Counted from the stretch's first letter, positions 47,792-59,188 are shown. The stretch is DNA of 64,000 bases from Candidatus Hermodarchaeota archaeon (GCA_048885925.1 JBHLLG010000001.1:323998-387997); one strand, 5' to 3'. Translations and numbers: made by a program. The notes: generated from the letters alone by a model not told the origin.

Positions 47792-49616
47792 TCTTTTTAA
47801 TTAATGTATCAATCTCAACATCAAACTTCTTGATAAAAATTCTCTGATATTCTTCTGAAGACTTTAGTAATTCCTCATGAGTCCCTTTTGCAACAATTTC
47901 TCCTTTTTTCAATACAATTATTAAGTCAGCCCATCGAATTTGACTTAAGCGATGTGTGATAAGAATTGTTGTCCTATTTTTAAGGATATTCCGAATAGCT
48001 CTCTGAATTTTATCTTCTGTATTAGAATCTATTGCTGAAGTAGAATCATCTAAAATTAATACTTTAGGATTTACAAGAAATGCACGAGCAATAGCAATTC
48101 TTTGTCTTTCTCCTCCACTTAATTGAACACCCCTTTCTCCAACTTCAGAATTATATTGATTTGGTAAATTAGAGATAAATTCGTGTGCTTGAGCTTCTCT
48201 AGCCACTTCCATTACTTGTTCAATAGACCCTATACGTCCAAATGATATATTTTCAAAAATAGTAGTAGAAAATAAAAATACATCTTGATCTACATAAGAA
48301 ATTTGATTTCTTAATGATTTTAAAGCATATTCACGAATATCAACATTATCAATTAGAATCCTTCCTTGATCAACATCATACAATCGGGAAATCAATTTTG
48401 TCAAAGTTGTTTTTCCTGACCCCGTAGTTCCTACTATTGCTAAAGTTTGACTGGGTTTTACTTCAAAACTTATATTCTTTAATACTGGTTTTTCGCTTCC
48501 AGGATAACTAAAAGTGACATTTTCGAATTTAATAGCACCTTCAATTTCCTTTATAAAACCCTCTACATTTTCATCAATTTCTGTTTTTTTGCTCATCATT
48601 TCGAGTAGTCTCTGAGCACTAGAAATTGCAAGTCGAATGATCGCAAAAACGAAAATAGAGATAAAAGTAGGGAAACGGAGTAATGCTAATAATCCTAAAT
48701 ACCCAATTATTTGTCCAATATTCATCAAACCCATAAAATTAAGGATTATCGCATGTATAAGACCTCCAGTGATAGTTAACGCTAAAATTAATATTGGGAG
48801 ATATTTTGCTTCAATATCTCCTTCTTCAACATATGCATTTCGATAATTATTGGCATTTTCAAAATATTTTTGCCCTTCTCTAGTTTCTTGGGCAGTTGCT
48901 TTAACAACTTCAATTCCAGTTAGAGCTTCATTCAGTGTGGCGTTCATCATTCCATAAAAACTACGTAATTTCCCCGTTACGGGGCCAATTTTTTGAATAT
49001 ATGATTTTAAAGCAAAGAAAAATAATACAGAAAAAATTAATGGTGTTAAAATTAATTGTGAAGGATAAAAAGCAATTATATAGAAAATGGGGATTATTAG
49101 AGACATAAAGGACTCAAATATTAAGGATATTGCTGGACTGATTAAAAAATTCATTGTTCGAACATCATCTGTAGCTCGAGCCATCAATTCTCCAATTTTT
49201 TGTTGATCATGAAAGGATTGACTTTTACCAAGAAGGTTGGAATAGAATTCTCTTCTACAATCTCTTTCTAATCTCTGAGCTATAACTTCACGTAGCATAT
49301 AATTAACAAGGCGCAATATGGGAGTCCCTATACTTAATAGTAATATAAAAATTGTATAAAATAGCAAACTCGATTGTTTACCGATTAAAAAATCTGTTAT
49401 AGCATTTCCTATTACAACTATAATTGCTGAGGATAAATTAGCTGCTATTATAGTTGTAAATAGTACAATAATAAATAGAATCTTATTAGAACCATGAAAA
49501 ATATGAGTCAATATCCATCTTCTTGATCCTTTCTGTCGTGCCTTTTCAAAAGGATCTTTTCCCGGTGTAAATTCTACATAACTAGTAGTTATCTGATTTA
49601 CTTCTGTATTTGACAT
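47778..49616 (-). CDS. ABC exporter half (TMD+NBD), heterodimer subunit A
   Basis: GTTGSGKT, LSGGERQR, LILDDST (degenerate Walker B). Confidence 0.93.
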   Translation of the reverse strand: MSNTEVNQITTSYVEFTPGKDPFEKARQKGSRRWILTHIFHGSNKILFIIVLFTTIIAANLSSAIIVVIGNAITDFLIGKQSSLLFYTIFILLLSIGTPILRLVNYMLREVIAQRLERDCRREFYSNLLGKSQSFHDQQKIGELMARATDDVRTMNFLISPAISLIFESFMSLIIPIFYIIAFYPSQLILTPLIFSVLFFFALKSYIQKIGPVTGKLRSFYGMMNATLNEALTGIEVVKATAQETREGQKYFENANNYRNAYVEEGDIEAKYLPILILALTITGGLIHAIILNFMGLMNIGQIIGYLGLLALLRFPTFISIFVFAIIRLAISSAQRLLEMMSKKTEIDENVEGFIKEIEGAIKFENVTFSYPGSEKPVLKNISFEVKPSQTLAIVGTTGSGKTTLTKLISRLYDVDQGRILIDNVDIREYALKSLRNQISYVDQDVFLFSTTIFENISFGRIGSIEQVMEVAREAQAHEFISNLPNQYNSEVGERGVQLSGGERQRIAIARAFLVNPKVLILDDSTSAIDSNTEDKIQRAIRNILKNRTTILITHRLSQIRWADLIIVLKKGEIVAKGTHEELLKSSEEYQRIFIKKFDVEIDTLIKKSEET

Positions 49617-49713
49617 AAATTTTAACAGCTAAAATGATAGTAATTAATTTCTCAAGTTATTTTGCAGAAGTATTTTATGGTTAATAGATTTTCATAAAAT
49701 AAATTATAAATAA

Positions 49714-50241
49714 TTGAAAATGCATAAAAAAAAGTTGATACAAGTGACATTAGTTAACATTAGAAAAGCTGAAGCGCGGGATGCTGAAGAGATTTCAAAT
49801 ATTTGGAAAATTATATGTGCTGAGAGGAAATTTACTGTCGTTAGCCATCCTTTCACATCTGAACAAGAGAAAGAATATATTTCTTCTCTTTCAAATCGGG
49901 AAGGAATATTTGTAGCTGAATTTAAAGGTAAAATTATAGGTTTTCAATCATTAGATCTATGGGCTAAATTTTCACAATATTTTAGTCATGTTGGTACAAT
50001 TGGTACATTTGTCCTTCCTAAATGGCGGAAAAAAAATATAGGACTTCAGCTAGCCCAGTACACTTTCAATTTTGCTCGTAAACATAATTATGAAAAGATC
50101 TTGATATATGTAAGAGCAATAAATAAAATTGCAATAGCTTTTTATAAAAAATTAGGATTTTTACAGAGGGGGGTATTATCTCGTCAAGTAAAAATCGATG
50201 AACAATATGAAGATGAAATTTTCATGGAAATGTTTCTATAA
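49714..50241 (+). CDS. GNAT family N-acetyltransferase
   Basis: IRKA...D, FVLPKWRKKNIG, N..AIAFYKKLGF. Confidence 0.88.
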   Translation: MKMHKKKLIQVTLVNIRKAEARDAEEISNIWKIICAERKFTVVSHPFTSEQEKEYISSLSNREGIFVAEFKGKIIGFQSLDLWAKFSQYFSHVGTIGTFVLPKWRKKNIGLQLAQYTFNFARKHNYEKILIYVRAINKIAIAFYKKLGFLQRGVLSRQVKIDEQYEDEIFMEMFL

Positions 50242-50393
50242 TCTTAGTAACAGATTTTGTACACAAAAATTGAACAATTTATTAACCGATTAATAATTTC
50301 GACAAATTCCTATGAATTATTAAAGAATCATTTAAATATCATAAGTTTTATTAACTAATTGTGTCAGATAAAGAAATTGTATATGATATAAGG

Positions 50394-50501
50394 TTGGAAG
50401 AAGAATTAGAAAAAATAAAGCTAAAAGTCTGGTTATTAGAAGAGTTACAATTGATACCTCCTCAATATCATTCACTAATCCTGAAGACTGTCTCTAATTA
50501 G
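50394..50501 (+). CDS. Possible 35-aa small protein
   Basis: TTG start; MEEELEKIKLKVWLLEELQLIPPQYHSLILKTVSN*. Confidence 0.4.
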   Translation: MEEELEKIKLKVWLLEELQLIPPQYHSLILKTVSN

Positions 50502-50533
50502 ACGAAAAACTTTTTTTATGTTATAGACTAATT

Positions 50534-50818
50534 CTATCCTTGATAATTCTTCTTTGTGCTAATTAAAGTAGTTGTTGCTTCTACCCATTGAGACAATTGC
50601 TTATCAGATCGACATAATGAGATTATTGTCTCTAGATCTTCAAGATTACTAAATTTGCACTCAACTAGCAAATCCCATCCACCATATATGGGAGTAGCAT
50701 AAGTAATCTGCCAATCTTCATTTGGCTTGTTAGGTTTAAAATTATAAAATTTTTCTATGATTTTCCATTGAGTTCCAATAATTTTCAAGCGAATTAAAAT
50801 GTATCCTCTATAGTAAAT
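50534..50818 (-). CDS. Stand-alone Lrp/AsnC ligand-binding (RAM)-like domain, probable ATT start
   Basis: (M)YYRGYILIRL...IYGGWDLLVE...TTTLI; in-frame TAA immediately upstream of ATT; AAGGTG SD-like motif. Confidence 0.7.
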   Translation of the reverse strand: MYYRGYILIRLKIIGTQWKIIEKFYNFKPNKPNEDWQITYATPIYGGWDLLVECKFSNLEDLETIISLCRSDKQLSQWVEATTTLISTKKNYQG

Positions 50819-50954
50819 TTAATTAGCACCTTGATTATGCGTTTAAATACTTCTTCACATTTAGAATTAATAATAAATTATGATATAATTACAATATTTT
50901 TCAAAATTACTATTAATAGAAAATTTGAGATTAAAGCTAAGCTCTTAATTTAAT

Positions 50955-53900
50955 CTACCAGTATATCTCTTCTAATGTCTCATGGTATTCATTTAGAGAC
51001 TTAATCTCAACATTTTTTTTCCTAACATTTTCAATCGCATCTACAATAGCTTTAGCTAGTTCAAGATTAATAATTACAGGAATATTGTAATCTACAGCCA
51101 TCCTACGGATTTTATATTCATCTTCAATAATAGTTTTAAATTTTTCTTCTACTGTAGTAGGTAACGGGATATTAATGACCATATCTATATGACCATCTTG
51201 TAAACACGCCATTATATTAGGTTCTTTTCCGTATTCATGAACTTTATAGAGTTTTACAGCTTCGATTCCATTATTTTTTAAAGCTAATGCTGTGTCTTCA
51301 GTTGCAAATATTTTGAAATTTAGACTTTTTAACTTTTTAGCAAGAGGAATTGCTTCTTTCTTTAATTCTTCTCCACCAACGGATATTAATATATTTCCTC
51401 CATTTATAGGAATAGTTTGTTCTGTGGATTCAAGAGTTTTGATCAAAGCCTCAGGAAAGTCAGATCCAAAGCAAGAAGTCTCTCCTGTTGATGCCATTTC
51501 TACTCCAAGTATAGGATCTGCTTTGTCTAATCTCATAAATGAAAACATGGGTGCTTTTACAGAGACATATTTCCCATAAGGTAGTTTCATTAATCTATTT
51601 GGAATTTTTTCTCCCATGATTACTTCTGCTGCTAACTTCATCAGGTTAATACCTCTTGATTTTGAAACATAAGGCATACTTCGGCTTGATCTTAAATTAC
51701 ATTCGATTACATAAACCTCTCCGTTCTTCACTAAATATTGAACATTAAAAGGTCCTTGGATTTTAAGAGCTAAAGCAATCTCTCTCGTATAATTTTCAAT
51801 TTTTTCAATTACAACCTTGGCAACGGTTTGGGGAGGGATTACCATAGTAGCATCTCCACTATGGATACCTGCATTTTCTATATGTTCTACAATGGCTCCA
51901 ATTAATACATTTACTCCATCTGATATGCCATCGCACTCAATCTCTCGAGCATTAGTAAAAAACTTTGTAATTACAACTGGATATTCACTTGAGATGGAAG
52001 CAGCAAGATCAAGAGTATCGATGAGTGTGTTTTCATCATATGAAACTCTCATAGCTGCTCCACTTAATACATATGATGGTCTGATTAATATTGGGTAACC
52101 TACTTCTTTAGCAAAATGTAGAGCATCGGCTTTACTAGTTAATGCTTTCCATTCTGGTTGTTTTATATTTAATTGATCTAATAAGGCACTAAATTTACTT
52201 CTATCTTCTGCCATATCGATTCTAGAGCCATGTGTTCCTAGTATTTTTAAATTAGTTTTCCTGAAAAATTCAGAATATTTTGAGATTTTTGCTGCTAAAT
52301 TGTTTGCAATCTGACCTCCCGCAGATACCACAATTCCATTCGGCTTTTCAAGTTCACAAATATCAAGTACTCTTTCACCAGAAATTTCTTCAAAATACAA
52401 TTTATCTGATATATCATAATCTGTAGAAACTGTTTCAGGATTATAATTGATTATAATTGCTTGATCGATTCCTAATTTCTTTAATCCCCATAAACAGTTA
52501 ACCGATCCCCAATCAAACTCAACTGAGGCTCCAATTCGATAAGTTCCTGAGCCTAATACAATCACTTTTTTGAGATTTGAGTTACTTTCCTCACTAAAAT
52601 CAATATCATGTTCAGAAGCACAATAAGTTAAGTACAGGTAATTAGTTATTGCGGGCCATTCCGCAGCCAAAGTATCTATCCTTTTAACATATGGAATAAC
52701 TCCTATTCTTCTTCTCATTTGCCTAATGAAAATAGTATCAACATCTATAATTTTAGCAATTTGACCATCAGAAAATCCAAATCTCTTAGCTCTTTCTAAC
52801 CAGTACCTTTTTTCATCATCATTAGTTTCTAATAAATCAATATCTTCGAGTTGACGTTCTAGATCAATAATATTTTTCATTTTATAGAGATACCATTTAT
52901 CTACCCTTGATAATCGATATATTTCCTCAATTGAAATTCCTCTTTTAATAGCCTCAGCTATTCTGAACACCCTCAAATCTGTAGGATTTCTCAATGTATG
53001 TTTTAATTCGTTTATATCATCAATTGGATCCAAATCATTTGCGACTAAACCTTTCATTCCTATATCAAGCATTCTAATAGCCTTTTGTAATACCTCTTCG
53101 AATGTTCTACCAATAGCCATTACTTCCCCAACTGATTTCATCTGTGATCCTATAGATCTATCCACTCTCTGAAATTTTATCAAATCCCATCTTGGAAATT
53201 TGAGTACTAAATAATCTAATGCTGGTTCGAAACACGCTGTTGTAATTCCTGTGATTTTGTTTTTCAATTCTGGCAAGGTATACCCTATTGCCAATTTTGC
53301 TGCAATATATGCTAAGGGATACCCAGTTGCTTTTGATGCAAGAGCAGATGACCTTGAAAGTCTTGCATTTACTTCTATTGCTCGAAACTCTTTTGAGAAA
53401 GGATCTAATCCATATTGAATGTTGCATTCTCCTATAATTCCAAGATTCCGTATAACCCTAATAGAAGCTAAACGGAGCATATGATATTCCTCATTAGTAA
53501 GAGTTTGGCTTGGACTTACTACAAGTGATTCTCCAGTATGGAGACCGACCGGATCAAAATTCTCCATATTACAGTTAATAAAACAATTATCTTCAGAGTC
53601 TCTTACAACTTCATATTCGATTTCTTTCCAGCCCCATATACTCTCTTCAATTAAAATTTGGTTAATCCTTGATTGAGCTAAGCCTTTTTTTGCCATTCTT
53701 TCAAATTCTTTCATATTGTTAACAATCCCTGATCCTCTTCCTCCTAATGTATAGGCTACCCGTATCATGCACGGAAATCCAATATCCTTAACCGCATTTA
53801 ATGCTTCATTATACGAATTTACCGCTTGGCTTTTGCATACTTTCACATCTGATTTTTCCATTGCCTTAACAAAAAGATCCCGATCTTCAGTAGCCTCTAT

Positions 53901-54266
53901 AGCTTCAATTGGAGTTCCAAGTACTCTCACATTATACTTTTCCAATATTCCTGCTTCTTTTAATTCTACACCTACATTTAATGCAGTTTGACCCCCAAAT
54001 GCTAATAACATTCCATCAGGATTTTCTTTTTTTATTACCTCTTCTACATATTTAATGTTAATTGGTAAAAGATATACTCTATCTGACAATTCAGGATCAG
54101 TTTGAATTGTAGCAATATTAGGGTTAATTAAAATAGTTTCAATTCCTTCTTCTTTGAGTGCCTTTAAAACTTGACTTCCAGAATAATCAAATTCCCCAGC
54201 TTGCCCAATTCTGATACCTCCACTCCCTAAGACTAAAGCTTTTTTAATACTTTTATCTAATGGCAC
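50955..54266 (-). CDS. carB: Carbamoyl-phosphate synthase large subunit
   Basis: GSGGIRIGQAGEFDYSG, NPNIATIQTD, two ATP-grasp halves, MGS domain; GTG 54266 is the likely start. Confidence 0.97.
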   Translation of the reverse strand: MPLDKSIKKALVLGSGGIRIGQAGEFDYSGSQVLKALKEEGIETILINPNIATIQTDPELSDRVYLLPINIKYVEEVIKKENPDGMLLAFGGQTALNVGVELKEAGILEKYNVRVLGTPIEAIEATEDRDLFVKAMEKSDVKVCKSQAVNSYNEALNAVKDIGFPCMIRVAYTLGGRGSGIVNNMKEFERMAKKGLAQSRINQILIEESIWGWKEIEYEVVRDSEDNCFINCNMENFDPVGLHTGESLVVSPSQTLTNEEYHMLRLASIRVIRNLGIIGECNIQYGLDPFSKEFRAIEVNARLSRSSALASKATGYPLAYIAAKLAIGYTLPELKNKITGITTACFEPALDYLVLKFPRWDLIKFQRVDRSIGSQMKSVGEVMAIGRTFEEVLQKAIRMLDIGMKGLVANDLDPIDDINELKHTLRNPTDLRVFRIAEAIKRGISIEEIYRLSRVDKWYLYKMKNIIDLERQLEDIDLLETNDDEKRYWLERAKRFGFSDGQIAKIIDVDTIFIRQMRRRIGVIPYVKRIDTLAAEWPAITNYLYLTYCASEHDIDFSEESNSNLKKVIVLGSGTYRIGASVEFDWGSVNCLWGLKKLGIDQAIIINYNPETVSTDYDISDKLYFEEISGERVLDICELEKPNGIVVSAGGQIANNLAAKISKYSEFFRKTNLKILGTHGSRIDMAEDRSKFSALLDQLNIKQPEWKALTSKADALHFAKEVGYPILIRPSYVLSGAAMRVSYDENTLIDTLDLAASISSEYPVVITKFFTNAREIECDGISDGVNVLIGAIVEHIENAGIHSGDATMVIPPQTVAKVVIEKIENYTREIALALKIQGPFNVQYLVKNGEVYVIECNLRSSRSMPYVSKSRGINLMKLAAEVIMGEKIPNRLMKLPYGKYVSVKAPMFSFMRLDKADPILGVEMASTGETSCFGSDFPEALIKTLESTEQTIPINGGNILISVGGEELKKEAIPLAKKLKSLNFKIFATEDTALALKNNGIEAVKLYKVHEYGKEPNIMACLQDGHIDMVINIPLPTTVEEKFKTIIEDEYKIRRMAVDYNIPVIINLELAKAIVDAIENVRKKNVEIKSLNEYHETLEEIYW

Positions 54267-54270
54267 TAAT

Positions 54271-55404
54271 CTATAACCCCATAAGTTTAATAAATTTATC
54301 AAATAAATATAAGGAATCAAGAGGACCAGGTGAAGCCTCTGGATGAAATTGAACGGCGAAAATTGGTTTATCTTTATGAATCAATCCTTCATTAGAATTA
54401 TCATCAATATTTTTGAGAAATTCCTCAAAACCTCCCTGCTCAAAATCTTTAACGCAGAATCCATGGTTTTGAGAAGTTATATAGCATTGACGAGTTTCTA
54501 AGTTTATAACAGTTTTATTTCCTCCTCTATGACCATATTTTAATTTATATGAAGAACCACCAGCACCTAAGCCAATAATTTGATTACCTAAACATATTCC
54601 CATAGTTGGAATGTTATTTTCAATTAAATTTTTAGTAATTTCTATCGCTTCTTTATATATTGCAGGATCTCCTGGTCCATTAGAGATGAAAACCCCGTTA
54701 GGATTAAATTTCATAATTTCATCATAGGTAGAACTGTTAGGGACGAGAATTACTTCAATACGTCTATTTAATAGATTTCTAAGAATATTGTTTTTAACTC
54801 CTAAATCCAATACAACCACTTTTCCTATTGGATCTGAAGGTATGAATCTCTTGATTTCCCTTGTAGATACTTCGCTTGCTAAGTATCTAAGATTTGGATC
54901 TTCAACTTTTTTTACTTTTTCTCTCAATTTCTCGATATTTGGCTTTTCACCAGGATTGTATACTGCAATTAACCCTAATTGAACTCCTTCTTCCCTTAAA
55001 ATTTTTGTTATTGCTCTTGTATCAATCCATTCAACACCAGGTATGTCTTCTTCAAGAAGAAACTCATTCAATGTTTTTACACTTTCATAATGACTTGGAT
55101 TTTTACAGCATTCATTAACTATTAACCCTCTTACTTTAATTGAATCTGATTCAAAATATTTGTTAATTCCAAAATCATCTTTTTCCCAAGCTGGAACTCC
55201 GTAATTTCCAACAAGGGGATGGGTCATTACAACAATTTGGCCATGATAAGAAGGGTCAGTTAAAGTCTCATTATAACCAGCACCAGTAATTGTGGTAAAA
55301 ACAATTTCTCCATCAACCTTTTTTGTAGCACCAAATCCAATTCCTTGAAAATAACGTCCATCTTGAAACATTAAAATTGCGGGTCTTTCTTTCTTATAAA
55401 GCAT
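54271..55404 (-). CDS. carA: Carbamoyl-phosphate synthase small subunit
   Basis: LTDPSY.GQI, SNGPGDP, GICLGNQ, SQNHGF, QFHPEASPGP. Confidence 0.97.
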   Translation of the reverse strand: MLYKKERPAILMFQDGRYFQGIGFGATKKVDGEIVFTTITGAGYNETLTDPSYHGQIVVMTHPLVGNYGVPAWEKDDFGINKYFESDSIKVRGLIVNECCKNPSHYESVKTLNEFLLEEDIPGVEWIDTRAITKILREEGVQLGLIAVYNPGEKPNIEKLREKVKKVEDPNLRYLASEVSTREIKRFIPSDPIGKVVVLDLGVKNNILRNLLNRRIEVILVPNSSTYDEIMKFNPNGVFISNGPGDPAIYKEAIEITKNLIENNIPTMGICLGNQIIGLGAGGSSYKLKYGHRGGNKTVINLETRQCYITSQNHGFCVKDFEQGGFEEFLKNIDDNSNEGLIHKDKPIFAVQFHPEASPGPLDSLYLFDKFIKLMGL

Positions 55405-55515
55405 TGACTCTTTTGTAATGTTCCTCTTTAGTATTCTTAAAAAAAAATAGCTAATCCTTTTTTTTAAGATTATTTATTAACTAGTTAAATTACACTGTTT
55501 AGATCTAGACTTCAT

Positions 55516-56586
55516 TTAGGAATTAGTAGGTTTAGAAATGTTTTTACTAATATCTCCCATTGATTGGAAAAATTGATGTTTGATAGTACTTATAGATTGA
55601 ACAATTGATTCTAAATTAATCTCCTCAAAAGTATTAAACCATGAATATTTTTGTAATTTATTATTTTCTAATTCAGTAAATTTTTGCAATACTATTATGT
55701 TTTTATCTATAAGAAAAGAAGAATCTAATAGATTATCTTCTCCCTCATTCAATAATTTAAGATTTTGAAGCATACACTCAAGTAAATCGTCATAGAAAAG
55801 AAGCGGAATGTATTTAATCTCCTTCGGTTTTAATTCATTTAAAATAGAATTTTGATTTTCTATATCGTTTTTAAAACCTTTTTCAGAAAGATTAAAAATA
55901 TCAATATCTACAAGTTCTGGATGGTATTCTACTTGTTTTACTCTTTTTCTTTTTTTAATGTATTTTGCAATTTTTTCTTTATATAATTTAACGTTAGATT
56001 GTTGACTTATTGTTTCAATTAGTATTGAATTTTCCTCTATACGTTTTTCACATATATCTGAGACCATTTGACAATAATTAGTCGCAGCATTTATAAGATC
56101 CTCTTCATTAAGTTTAGCTTTCAATACTGTATGAATATAAGCTTTTATAAATGCTGAGAAATCTTCTTCAAGGCGTAATAATTTTGCATACAGAACCTTT
56201 GTAGAATCCCACCATTTAAGTGCTTTTTCGATTTTTAGAGGTAATAGGAAATGTTCAAAACCACGTACTTCGGTGAAATATAATAGTTTCTCAACTCCAT
56301 ATTGAAGAAAAGGGGTAGGGTTGATTATTGCTATAAGATCATCCATAAGTGAAAAAGAGATTGGTTCCCTAGGGCGAATTAAGAGAGATTTTACACCATT
56401 AAAAACGCGATCTACTCTCATTGGCAAAGGCATGATAGGATTAGTCTTTATAGATCCTAACAAATTTTTTAGATGTTCATATTTGAGTACGGTAAGATCG
56501 GGAGGAAAAATTTCAATATAAAAGAAAAAAGGTGCTGCATCATAATTAAAAATTTTAAACTTATGAAGTGGCTTAATCTTGTTCAC
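55516..56586 (-). CDS. Hypothetical protein
   Basis: Long ORF, no recognised motif. Confidence 0.7.
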   Translation of the reverse strand: MNKIKPLHKFKIFNYDAAPFFFYIEIFPPDLTVLKYEHLKNLLGSIKTNPIMPLPMRVDRVFNGVKSLLIRPREPISFSLMDDLIAIINPTPFLQYGVEKLLYFTEVRGFEHFLLPLKIEKALKWWDSTKVLYAKLLRLEEDFSAFIKAYIHTVLKAKLNEEDLINAATNYCQMVSDICEKRIEENSILIETISQQSNVKLYKEKIAKYIKKRKRVKQVEYHPELVDIDIFNLSEKGFKNDIENQNSILNELKPKEIKYIPLLFYDDLLECMLQNLKLLNEGEDNLLDSSFLIDKNIIVLQKFTELENNKLQKYSWFNTFEEINLESIVQSISTIKHQFFQSMGDISKNISKPTNS

Positions 56587-56883
56587 CTATGGAATGAGGT
56601 TGTAAGCTTTTTTAACAAAAAATGAATATAATATTTATTTATAATAATTATAAATATCTTAAATTATTGGTCAAAGAACTGTATTTTACTTTAAAACCAA
56701 GAGAATTTTTTTTACAAAAAACTAGTTTTGAGATTAATAATGAATTCTGACCAAAAGAATTTCTTTAGAAATAATTTATTTTAAATATGAAATGATAAGA
56801 AAATTAGTATAAATTATGAAATGAAAAATTATACTAAAATTGTTGAAAAATATAAAAAGAAATAAAAATAATTTCAAAATTGT

Positions 56884-57945
56884 TTATTTGATAAAGCTAT
56901 GAGCTTTTCTTAAACTCTTTTCCGCATCTTGGACAATATCTTCTACAATTTTTTTTACAGTTTCTACACTTTTTATAATCCCTATACTCTGACCTAATAG
57001 AACTGCTCCTGAATTGATATCTCCCGTATATGCTGCTTCATATGCTTTTCCTTCAGCTATTATATCTTCCTGTGTCATAGCTGCTTCTTCAGCCATTTTT
57101 GCTTCTTTATCTGATACAAGTCCATGATGTAATGAATATTCATTTTTCCAAAGTCTAATTGGTCCTAATGCACCAGTTACTAAAATTGTGTCTTGAGCTT
57201 TTGCGGGAGGAACAATTCCCTTATATTTTTCATCAAATTCACTTTCTATTGTAGCTATAAATCTAGAACCCATCGCAACAGCTCCAGCCCCCATTGCTAA
57301 TGCCGCAGCAAGCCCCTCTCCCGTAGCAAATCCTCCACACGCTATTACTGGAAAATCAGGATGCTGTTTTACTATTTGTTGAAGTAAAACTAAAGTACTA
57401 ACTTTCTCATATGATTGATGACCTCCACCTTCACCACCAGTTACTACCAATCCATCTACATTTGATGCCACACATTTTTCAGCAAGCCATAACGCGGGTG
57501 CAACATGAAAATGTTTAATTCGGGAACCACTTTCTTTTAATTTTTGGAATGATTTCGATTCAGGTAATGTCCTTGAGGATCCTGCGCTTGTAATCGCGTA
57601 AATACACTGCTCTTTCAATTTCTGATTTTCCATTATAAATTTAGGAATTTCTTTAATAAGCGCAGGAGAATGTGTTTCTCTTCGAGATGTTCTAATATTA
57701 AAACCAAAAGGTTTATCTGTATGTTCTACCACTTTAAGCATATTTTCTTTCATTATTTCAACAGGATTCCTCCCTTTCATAAAATCACTTATCAAAGCAC
57801 TATGACTCAAAACCCCTAGACCTCCTGCTTCTGAAACTGCAATAGTTAACTCTGTTGTGTAGAATGGACCCATTGGAGCTGCAACTAAAGGATGTTTTAT
57901 ACCAAACATTTTAGTAATATTTGTTTCTAATACCATCTTAACCAC
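56884..57945 (-). CDS. Nitronate monooxygenase / FabK-like FMN oxidoreductase
   Basis: AVSEAGGLG, GGEGGGH, IACGGF, GAVAMGSRF. Confidence 0.88.
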   Translation of the reverse strand: MVKMVLETNITKMFGIKHPLVAAPMGPFYTTELTIAVSEAGGLGVLSHSALISDFMKGRNPVEIMKENMLKVVEHTDKPFGFNIRTSRRETHSPALIKEIPKFIMENQKLKEQCIYAITSAGSSRTLPESKSFQKLKESGSRIKHFHVAPALWLAEKCVASNVDGLVVTGGEGGGHQSYEKVSTLVLLQQIVKQHPDFPVIACGGFATGEGLAAALAMGAGAVAMGSRFIATIESEFDEKYKGIVPPAKAQDTILVTGALGPIRLWKNEYSLHHGLVSDKEAKMAEEAAMTQEDIIAEGKAYEAAYTGDINSGAVLLGQSIGIIKSVETVKKIVEDIVQDAEKSLRKAHSFIK

Positions 57946-58088
57946 TTTCTGAATAAATAATAATTTTTTTATCTAATATTAATCTATCAAATTAAAAACT
58001 GCTATTAAACATAGATATAAAATATATTTTTTTTTCATAAATGTCATACCATTAATTCGTTTAAAGATTAAATAAAATTAGAATTCAA

Positions 58089-59126
58089 ATGTTAAAAGAA
58101 AACTTAAATATTGTAATTTATGGTACAGGTGCTATTGGAGCTACCATTGGAGGTTGGTTAACCAAAGATTATAAGAATATTTATTTCTTAGCAAGAGGAG
58201 AAAATTTCAAGGTCTTAAAAACAAGTGGGTTGACTTTATATAAAATAGATAAAAAAAATTTTGAAGCCATTCCTGTAAATGTAATTGAGGATTTAAAGGA
58301 ATTAGAATCGGTTGATATTATTATAATTTGTGTAAAAAATTATGATCTTGAAAATGTTGCTAAAGATATATATGAAAAAGTAGGAGATAATGTTGTTATA
58401 GTGGGGTTACAAAATGGTGTGAAAAATCAGAAGATTCTACCAAAATTTTTTTCTAAAGTTATTTATGGAGTAATTGTTATGTCTTCATGGAGGGATAAGC
58501 CTGGTGTATTTGGTACAAGAGGAAAAAACCAAATTATTCTCGGTACTTTAAATGAAAATAATCAAGAGATATTAGAGGACATTACTACTATTTTTAATAA
58601 AAGCTTTCCAACAATTTTAACACATGATTTTCAAGATGCGATTCATTGTAAATTAATTATAAATCTAGGAAATTCAATGTTTACTCTTATAGACCAAAAA
58701 ATTCAAGATGATGAATCTATCTTAAAATTATGGAAAATACTTATGAATTTATATTTAGAAGGTGTAAATATAGTAAAAGCAGCTGGATATAAAGAATATA
58801 AACTTAAAGGTTTACCTACTTGGGAATTTATGAAATTAGCACTGAAATCAAATAAGAAAACATTAATTAATAATTTTAAAGCGAGTATAAAATTTTACTG
58901 GCTTAATAGTATGACGCAGGATATATTATTAGGTCAAAAAAGTATATCAGAATTAGAATCTATTAATGGATATTTAATAAATTTAGCTGATCGCCACGGA
59001 TTATCTGTGCCATATAATAGAACAATTTATAAATTATGCAAAGTAAATTTTTCAAAAACTCCTTATAAACCTTTAAACGTAGATACAGTTTGCAATGAGA
59101 TTAAGAATAATTTGAAATTAAGTTAG
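58089..59126 (+). CDS. panE: Ketopantoate reductase family (PanE/ApbA)
   Basis: YGTGAIG, CVKNYD, LQNG, KLIIN, SMTQD, SELESING. Confidence 0.85.
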   Translation: MLKENLNIVIYGTGAIGATIGGWLTKDYKNIYFLARGENFKVLKTSGLTLYKIDKKNFEAIPVNVIEDLKELESVDIIIICVKNYDLENVAKDIYEKVGDNVVIVGLQNGVKNQKILPKFFSKVIYGVIVMSSWRDKPGVFGTRGKNQIILGTLNENNQEILEDITTIFNKSFPTILTHDFQDAIHCKLIINLGNSMFTLIDQKIQDDESILKLWKILMNLYLEGVNIVKAAGYKEYKLKGLPTWEFMKLALKSNKKTLINNFKASIKFYWLNSMTQDILLGQKSISELESINGYLINLADRHGLSVPYNRTIYKLCKVNFSKTPYKPLNVDTVCNEIKNNLKLS

Positions 59127-59188
59127 ATTAAATTATCTTAGATTAATTTTTTATAGTATTTATTTTAAAATTTAAGTTGAATTAAATC

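Noticed and set aside
54267-54320. N-terminal extension of carB given by the ORF track
   Set aside because: Overlaps carA; the family N-terminus begins at VPLDKSIKK (GTG 54266)
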